From Geosiphon pyriformis uo1 (Eukaryota; Fungi; Glomeromycota), in assembly GCA_016748015.1 (NCBI GenBank), contig JAAOMT010000588.1, positions 1-33,355 of the forward strand: a DNA stretch of 33,355 nucleotides. The letters run 5' to 3'. Of this stretch, positions 26,481 through 33,355 are shown in pieces (the first letter of the stretch is position 1; each line of letters begins with the position of its first letter). Made by a program: the position numbers and the translations under genes. Under the pieces are notes generated by a model. The model was given only the letters and a program-made list of their open reading frames with translations, searched no databases and was not told the DNA's origin.

Positions 26481-29135
26481 TATTAAATTTTATGAAATCT
26501 TATTTAGTAATATTAATAGTAATTATGTTCTAATTTTAAGTATTTGTGCTATTAATATTGGTTTATTATAATATAATTTTAGTTAAATACTATGTATTGC
26601 TTTTTTTAATATTTTTATCTAATTTTAATTTGTATAATTTATATATTAAACAACTTTTTTTTTTTTATGTTCCAAATTTTTAAAAAATTATATTATTTTT
26701 AAAAAAAATATTTTTATTTTTTATTATTTAGTTAGATATATTTAAATTTTTTTTGTTCAAATATATAGAGCTATTAATATAAATAGCAGTTTAAGTATAA
26801 AAAAAACCAAAAAAAGACTGGTTTTGATTTAGTTATTATGAATTTATTAATTAAAAAAATGTAAAAATAGAATACTAAAGAAACTTATTATGATTATTGG
26901 TATTAGTACTTCTAAAAATGACTTATTACTTAGAAAAACAATTAATTTTAAGACTAAAAACATCACTAAAACATAAAATATAAACATAAAAAAGAAAATT
27001 TTAATTAAAAAAATGAGTTTTTAGCTTGAAAATAGTAATAAATTTATCAAAAAAATGTTAATATAACTTTCAAAATGTCAAAAAAAATTGATATAAAACA
27101 AATATTAAAAAAATTTCTGAATATAATTAATTTCAATAATAATAATAACAGTAACAATAATATTTTAAATAATTTTCTCTTATTTTTATTTTTTTATTAA
27201 AACTACTAACAAATATTCTGATTTATAAATTTTTTGTTTTAAATATAAATTTGTTGACTGTTAGTAAGAAGTTTTTTTAAAATAAATTAAAAATCATTAA
27301 AAAATTTTTTTAATGTAAATTATTTTAAAAGAACTTCTACTTTTTTAAATTTAGTAAAATAATTTAGACATTTTTTATTTTTTAAAAAAAAATATTATAG
27401 CAAATTTGGCAAATAATTGAGATATTATAATAAACACTAATCTTAAAAAACGAATAAATAATTATATAAATTAGATAATTATTATAAAAAAATTTCTATA
27501 AGAATATTTATAAAAACTATACAAGTTAATCAAAATATAATTAGTAAAATTATAACAAAAAATAATCATTAAATTATATAATTAAAATTAAACAGATTTT
27601 TTAATCTGAATAATTTATTTTTATTAGAAAAAATACAGTTTTTATAGTCAGAGTCAATATTAATAAACAATTATAGAATTCTTAAAATAAGTTTTAAGCT
27701 TTGCTTTATATATTTCTTATAAAAACAAATACTTATAATTTTTAAAATTTTATTGATTTAATTAATAAAAAATTTTGTTTAATTAATTATAATTTAGTTA
27801 ACTATATTTATATTAGAAATACAACTGTGTATTTTAATTTAAAAAAAATTAATTAAAGTATTAATTATAGTTTTTATTATATAAAGTATTACTTTTTATT
27901 AATTTTATTTGTCTTTGATTCTTTGTTTAGTTTGTAATAAATTGGTCATATTTTTTTTGAATGCAGTTTAATTAATAATAAACTAATACTAAAAAAAAGT
28001 CTTTTTTTAGCTTTAGATTAGTTTAAATTGGCTTAAATTTATGCAAAAAAATCTGTTTTTATTGTTTATTTAATAGTTTTAGTGACAAATTTTAGACATC
28101 TTTTATTAGTAAAACTTTTTTTAAATGCTTTTTAGTGTTTTTTAGTTTGTTTTTTGAATAAAGTTAAATTTTTTTTAATAGTTATTAGTAATTTGAATTT
28201 ATATTTTAACAAAATTGAAAACAATTTTATCAGTTTTGTAGAACAAATTGGTAAATTGGTTAAAATATTAAATATATTTATATTAGTAATTTTTTAATTT
28301 AACTCTAAATATTAACTGCTAATAATTTTTTTATTACAAAATTAATAGATAATATAATAATATAAAAAAATTTAAATACATTTATTAATAACAAAACTGC
28401 TATAAAACTAAGTTTTTTAGTACTTTAATATATAATTAAGTTAAAAACTTAATTAAAAAAATTGTTTAGTTTAGTTTAGTTATAAATTTGGTTATAAAGT
28501 TTAATAGTTTGACTTTAACTTAAAATAATTTTTTTTTTAATATTTTAATAACCAATTTTATTTAAAAAATTATTACATATAATATAAAAAATATTATTTA
28601 TTAACATAAAAAAATAATCAATTTAATTTCTATTGTTACTAAAACTAAATTAAAAGATAAAATATATCTATAAATAATTAACAAATTTGAAGATATTTGA
28701 GTTTTTATTTTTGGTTTAAATTTTAATTATTTTAATTTTGGTATTATAATTATTATAAATAATATATTAATTAGATATATATATAAAGTTACTAAAATTA
28801 CTAATTTATTTTGGTCTGTTAAATTACTTTTTAAAAATAAGCTTTTTGTTTTAATTTTAGAATTATATACTAATATTACTTTGGTAATATGTTTAATTCA
28901 AACCGAAAAATTAACTTTTTAATTACAAAAACTGTAAATAAATTTTTTTTTATAATTTTAAATAGTAATTTTAATAAAAATAGTTTTTATAAGTATACAA
29001 ATTTTAAAAAATGTTTTGATTTAAAACAGATTAATTTTTTAATAAAAATCTTAATCATTAATACTTTAATAAAAATTTTAAAGATATAAAAAAAACAATT
29101 AATTATGTGTTTGTTTTTTTGAATTTTATTAATAG

Positions 29136-29825
29136 TGTTATAATTAAAACTCAGACTTTTTATAAGTTATCATATGTATTAGCCTCTGATATTATATAAT
29201 TAGCCACCCTATTTTTAAATAATGATCATTAATCTGATCAATAACTTGACTGTTGACCTAATTATTAACTTGATCAATAATCTGATTATTAACTACTTTT
29301 GATAGCTATATAAGCAATAAATTTCTTAGCTGTAAAAAAGCATGTAAGAATCAAAGAAAAAAAAGAAATAAAATAACAACTTTATCTTAATCCTTCTTTT
29401 TTTGTTAATTTTTCTTTTTTTACCTTTAAGTATTTAAACATCTTGGAATAAAAAATTACTTGTTGAAATTTACCTACCCTTTTTTTGACTCATATAATTA
29501 TAATATTTGAAGATTATTAAATAAAACATGACTGAAAAGTATATCTGATACCTGATATTGAATTCTAAAAGTGCTGATATGAGATATAGAATTATATTAG
29601 TGTGTAATTATTTGTTGACAATATAAATTATTTCTTTACTTTCAGATTCTCTGGTTATCTTTTAAAAAGTATAATGATTGAGATATTTTATGAGACTAAT
29701 TTCACATATTAAATCCATACTTATTCAATTTGCTTTTTAAAGTTAAATTTCTTTTGATTTTTATTATTATTCTATAATCTTGTTTTTCTTTGCTATTCAT
29801 TAGTTTGTTATTTTTATCTGTAATA
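29136..29825. mobile_element. Solo-LTR-like insert 1 (690 bp)
   Basis: Ends TGTTATAA...CTGTAATA (decayed TGTTACAG/CTGTAACA). Flanks ATAG/ATAT. It splits the APE domain between its IDY and TDH motifs. Confidence 0.7.
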
Positions 29826-30329
29826 ATATAATAATAAATTATAAATTTTGAAAGTTAATAAATACTTTAATACTGATTATTAAGCTGTTTTTGTTTTTAT
29901 GAATTTAAATAATTTGCTAAATATATAAATAAACTTTTTTTACAAACAAAACAAGAAAAATTATTGAAAGTTTAATTTTAAAAATATTGATAATATTAAA
30001 TAAAACTAGTTTAAAAGTATTATACTTATTAATATTGTAATATATTTTGAGAAATTTGTTGTTTTCAAAAGATATATAAATTTAAATATAATATAAAATA
30101 TTAAAAAAATAGTTCAAAAAATTTAATAGTGTTTTTACTAAAAAATTTTGATGTTTAAAATTTTTTAATTTTTTTAAATAAGATCTAATTATAAATTAGT
30201 TTTTTTAATAAGCTGCTAAATGTTTTTGAAAAGTAATAAGACTTTAAGTATTTAAATTTTATTGAATTTTAATATTGGTTTTAATAGTATAAGATTTGTT
30301 TTATCTAATATAAAAAACATTTATTATAT

Positions 30330-30788
30330 TGTTATAAAATAGTTTTTTACTTATTTTAATTGCTAATATTTTCTTTTAATTATATTTAGTTTTTTATAAG
30401 TTTTTTAATTTATTTATATAAAAAACTTTTTTTTTAATATTATAATATAAATTATTTTTTAATTTTTAATTATTATATATATTTATATACTTTTTTTTAA
30501 ATTTTAAAAGTAAAATTGTTATATAAATTGATGGATCATTTATTGTTTTCTTAATAATAAAGCTATTATATATATATATTTGTAATTTTACAAAAAATAC
30601 ATTGTAAATTTTTTTTAATATTTTAATTTAGTGTTTGCTGTTATTATTAATTAATATTAACTATTATTACAAGTTGATATTTATAATTTTACTAATTAAT
30701 ATTTTTTTAAGATTATTATTATATTTTATTATAATTAAATAATTTATATTATTTTATAATTTTTTTAATAAATTTTTGAATTATAATA
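30330..30788 (-). mobile_element. Solo-LTR-like insert 2 (459 bp), inverted and more decayed relative of insert 3
   Basis: TGTTATAA...TTATAATA with a 4-bp TSD ATAT (30326-30329 and 30789-30792). Removal restores the frame YYIFKLAE. Both ends align to the reverse complement of insert 3. Confidence 0.8.
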
Positions 30789-31225
30789 ATATTTTTAAGC
30801 TTGCTGAATTATTGAGAACTAAAAAATTAAATATTAAATTTTTTATTATTAATAAAAGTTATATAATTAAATATGTTTTAAAGTATTTATTTTTAATTAT
30901 GTAGTTATTAATAATAAATTAATATTAAGTTTTAGTAAATTTAAGTATAAGATTAATATAATTATAAAAAATTGAATAAAAAAAGAGATTAATATTAAAT
31001 AATATTCTTAATTTATAAAGTTATTAGTATAAGTCTTTAATTTATATTGATAATAATATTTTTTCGAGTATTATAAATATTATTTATAATAAAATATTAT
31101 ATATAAATAAAGTTTTACTTAATCAAAAAGCTGTAAGTTTGTTTGATATTACTAATAAATTATAAAACATTATAATAATTTTGTTTTAAAGATGTTTTTA
31201 AATTTGTTAAATTTTTGTTTAGTAT

Positions 31226-32049
31226 TGTTACAGTTCAAGAATTTAATAAGAATTATAAATAATATAAATTAGCCAATTATGAAATAATACAGCAACAATT
31301 TATAAAAAAAAATAATTTATAAATAACAACAAACACTATTTTACAATAGTAATAAGCACTATTGTACAATAACAATAAGTACTATCATGTAAAAACAGCA
31401 AACACTATTTTATAATAGTAGCAAGCACTATTTAGAAATAATAAAAATAAAGTATTACAAGACATTATTTTGTAAAACAATAATTATATATATATATAAT
31501 AGTTTTTAATGATGAAAAAAAAACAGCTTTAACTAAAAGCAACAAATATCTAAATAAAATCTTATTTAAAAATAATAAATTAAATAAACATTACAATTAT
31601 GAAATTAATAATAGAATTTACATACCCTTTCTAGTAAATAAAACTATCATTCTATCTCTAAACCCTTTAGAAGAATAATTTCTGATCAAGATTATTTATG
31701 TAATTATTTATTAAATTGAAAAAACTTTATTATATACTTAGGAAAATTACAAAAAGACCATTAATATTCTGTGTTTTTAGATTAGAGAACACATCAGACA
31801 ATTGCAAAAATAGTCTCAGAGAAGACTCCAGACAGCAGGTAGATTTTAAATTAGTCTCTAGAAAAGAGTACTCAATATACAAAAACAACTAGAATTAAAA
31901 AAAAGACTTATATTACAATATCAAGAGAAAATCTTCAGTATATTATCATTATTATCTAATACATAAAATCAAAGAACTTACAAGAGACTGATTACAATTA
32001 AAATAGAAAATCAACAATTAAAATATACCAAAAAAACACTTTTATAACA
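31226..32049 (+). mobile_element. Solo-LTR-like insert 3 (824 bp)
   Basis: TGTTACAG...TTATAACA with a perfect 4-bp TSD GTAT (31222-31225 and 32050-32053). Removal restores the frame FCLVYKFV. Strand is given only relative to insert 2. Confidence 0.85.
31325..31432. repeat. ~21-bp degenerate tandem repeat (5 copies) inside insert 3
   Basis: AA(A/G)(C/T)ACTAT core recurs about every 21 bp. Confidence 0.7.
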
Positions 32050-32194
32050 GTATATAAGTTTGTTTTTTTAATTTTGAAAAAGAGTTTAAATAGTTATAAT
32101 TTTTATGTTATATAAATAAAAAAAAGTTTTAATTAATATTAAATTTATTGTTTTGATTAAAATTATTTAGAAAAAAAATTATATATATATTTAA

Positions 32195-33115
32195 ATAGAA
32201 ATAAAAAATAGGAAATAGAAAATAGAAAATAAAAAATAAAAAATAAAAAATAAAAAATAAAAAATAGAATTAAAATAAAAATTAAGAATAGAATAGAAAT
32301 AAAAAATAAAAAATAAGATAAATATAAAAATTAGAATATAAATAAAAATAGGAATAAGAATAAAAATAAAAACAGAAATAAAAATAAAAATAAAATAAAA
32401 ATAGAAATAAAAATAAGAATAAAGATAGAAATAAAAATAAAAATTAGAATAAGGATAAAAATAGTAATAAATATAAAGAATAAGTATAATAAGAATAAAA
32501 ATAAGAATAAGAATAAAAATTTAGATAAAAATAACAATAGATATAACAATAGATATAAAAATAGGAATAAAGATAAAAAAGAATAAATATAATAAGAATA
32601 AAAATAAGAATAGTAATAAAAATATAGATAGAGATAGGAATAAAAATAAAAATAATAATAAAAATAAAGAATAAGTATATAAAAATAATATAGGTAAAGA
32701 TAAAAATAAAAATAAAAATAAGAATAAGAATAAAAATAGGGATAGAAATAAAAATAGTAATAAGAAAAAGAATATAGATAAGAATAAAGATAAAGATAGG
32801 AATAAGAATAAGAATAGAAATAAAAATAGGGATAAAACTAAGAATAAAGATAAAGATAAAGATAAAAATAGAAATAAAGATAGAGATTGAGATAAAAATA
32901 AAAATAAGAATAAGAATAGAGATTAGAATAGAGATAAAAATAAAGATAAAGATAGAGATAAGAATAGAAATAAGGATAGAGGATATTTATAGGGATAGGG
33001 ATATTTATAGGGATAGGGATATTTATAGGGATAGGGATAGAGATATTTATAGGGATAGGGATAGAGATAAGGATAGGGATAGGGATAAGGATAGGGATAA
33101 GGATAGGGATAAGGG
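32195..33115 (+). repeat. Degenerate telomere-derived array (ATARRR), with G content rising toward the end
   Basis: 6-bp period is largely retained. ATAAAA/ATAAGA dominate proximally; ATAGAG/ATAAGG/ATAGGG dominate distally. Confidence 0.85.
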
Positions 33116-33355
33116 TTAGGGATAGGGATAGGGTTAGGGATAGGGATAGGGATAGGGTTAGGGATAGGGATAGGGATAGGGATAGGGATAGGGTTAGGGA
33201 TAGGGATAGGGTTAGGGATAGGGATAGGGATAGGGATAGGGATAGGGTTAGGGTTAGGGATAGGGATAGGGATAGGGATAGGGATAGGGATAGGGTTAGG
33301 GTTAGGGTTAGGGTTAGGGATAGGGATAGGGATAGGGATAGGGTTAGGGATAGGG
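33116..33355 (+). repeat. Telomere: mixed ATAGGG/TTAGGG array to the end of the window
   Basis: 40 perfect hexamers, 28 ATAGGG and 12 TTAGGG, with the G-rich strand running 5'->3' toward the end. Confidence 0.95.

Larger units (their letters stand above)
26480..32180 (+). mobile_element. Hypermutated LINE (ORF1 with zinc knuckle, ORF2 APE endonuclease + start of RT), interrupted by three inserts and truncated by the telomere
   Basis: ORF1 *LVKL*QKII and ALLYIFL, with a CCHC-like knuckle at 27924-27964. APE motifs in order: IITYNIKN (~28570), VTKTKL, IILNSNFN (28952-28975 = ILGGDFN), TINYVFV (= TIDY), TDY (29872 = TDH). RT entry KAVSLFDI (31127 = KAxGxxGI), then *KRV*IVIIF..NIKFIVL (32135 = W....IPK..N.RPI.L). 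The 5' boundary is approximate. Confidence 0.85.

Noticed and set aside
30515-30545. IDGS string suggesting an RNase H YTDGS motif
   Set aside because: It lies inside solo-LTR-like insert 2 and upstream of the RT, so it is a chance match.
19750-31200. Organellar or endosymbiont (Mollicutes-like) insertion as the cause of the extreme AT content
   Set aside because: The decodable content is nuclear retroelements and a Crinkler-type gene; no rRNA, tRNA or bacterial genes were seen.
32331-32549. 72-aa hydrophobic ORF (LFLFLF...) on the minus strand
   Set aside because: It is a translation of the degenerate telomeric hexamer array.

Overview
This is a eukaryotic chromosome end, most likely from a Glomeromycota fungus. 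The Sel1-repeat/kinase, BTB-BACK-TLDc and Crinkler gene families point there. The retroelement proteins resemble, from my memory only, those of Geosiphon-type genomes; no search was run. The left ~19 kb holds expanded-family genes, mostly broken: a Sel1-kinase pseudogene, a short Sel1 ORF, a tail-to-tail BTB-BACK-TLDc pair (one intact, one frameshifted) and the 3' exons of an ExxPQ-motif membrane protein. From ~18.9 kb the DNA is extremely AT-rich but not random. Mentally reverting C>T and G>A changes recovers a LINE ORF1 fragment, a Crinkler REase+kinase gene, a Ty3/Gypsy-like gag, and a LINE (ORF1-APE-RT) interrupted by three solo-LTR-like inserts with 4-bp target duplications. That LINE is cut inside its RT domain by the telomere. 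The telomere is an irregular mix of ATAGGG (28) and TTAGGG (12) that decays inward by G>A into ATAAAA. The main candidate novel systems are (1) a dual-repeat WTAGGG telomere and (2) a RIP-like, non-CpG-restricted, both-strand C>T hypermutation acting on subtelomeric DNA, including the telomeric repeats themselves. Ancestral protein readings are my reconstructions and need computational confirmation.
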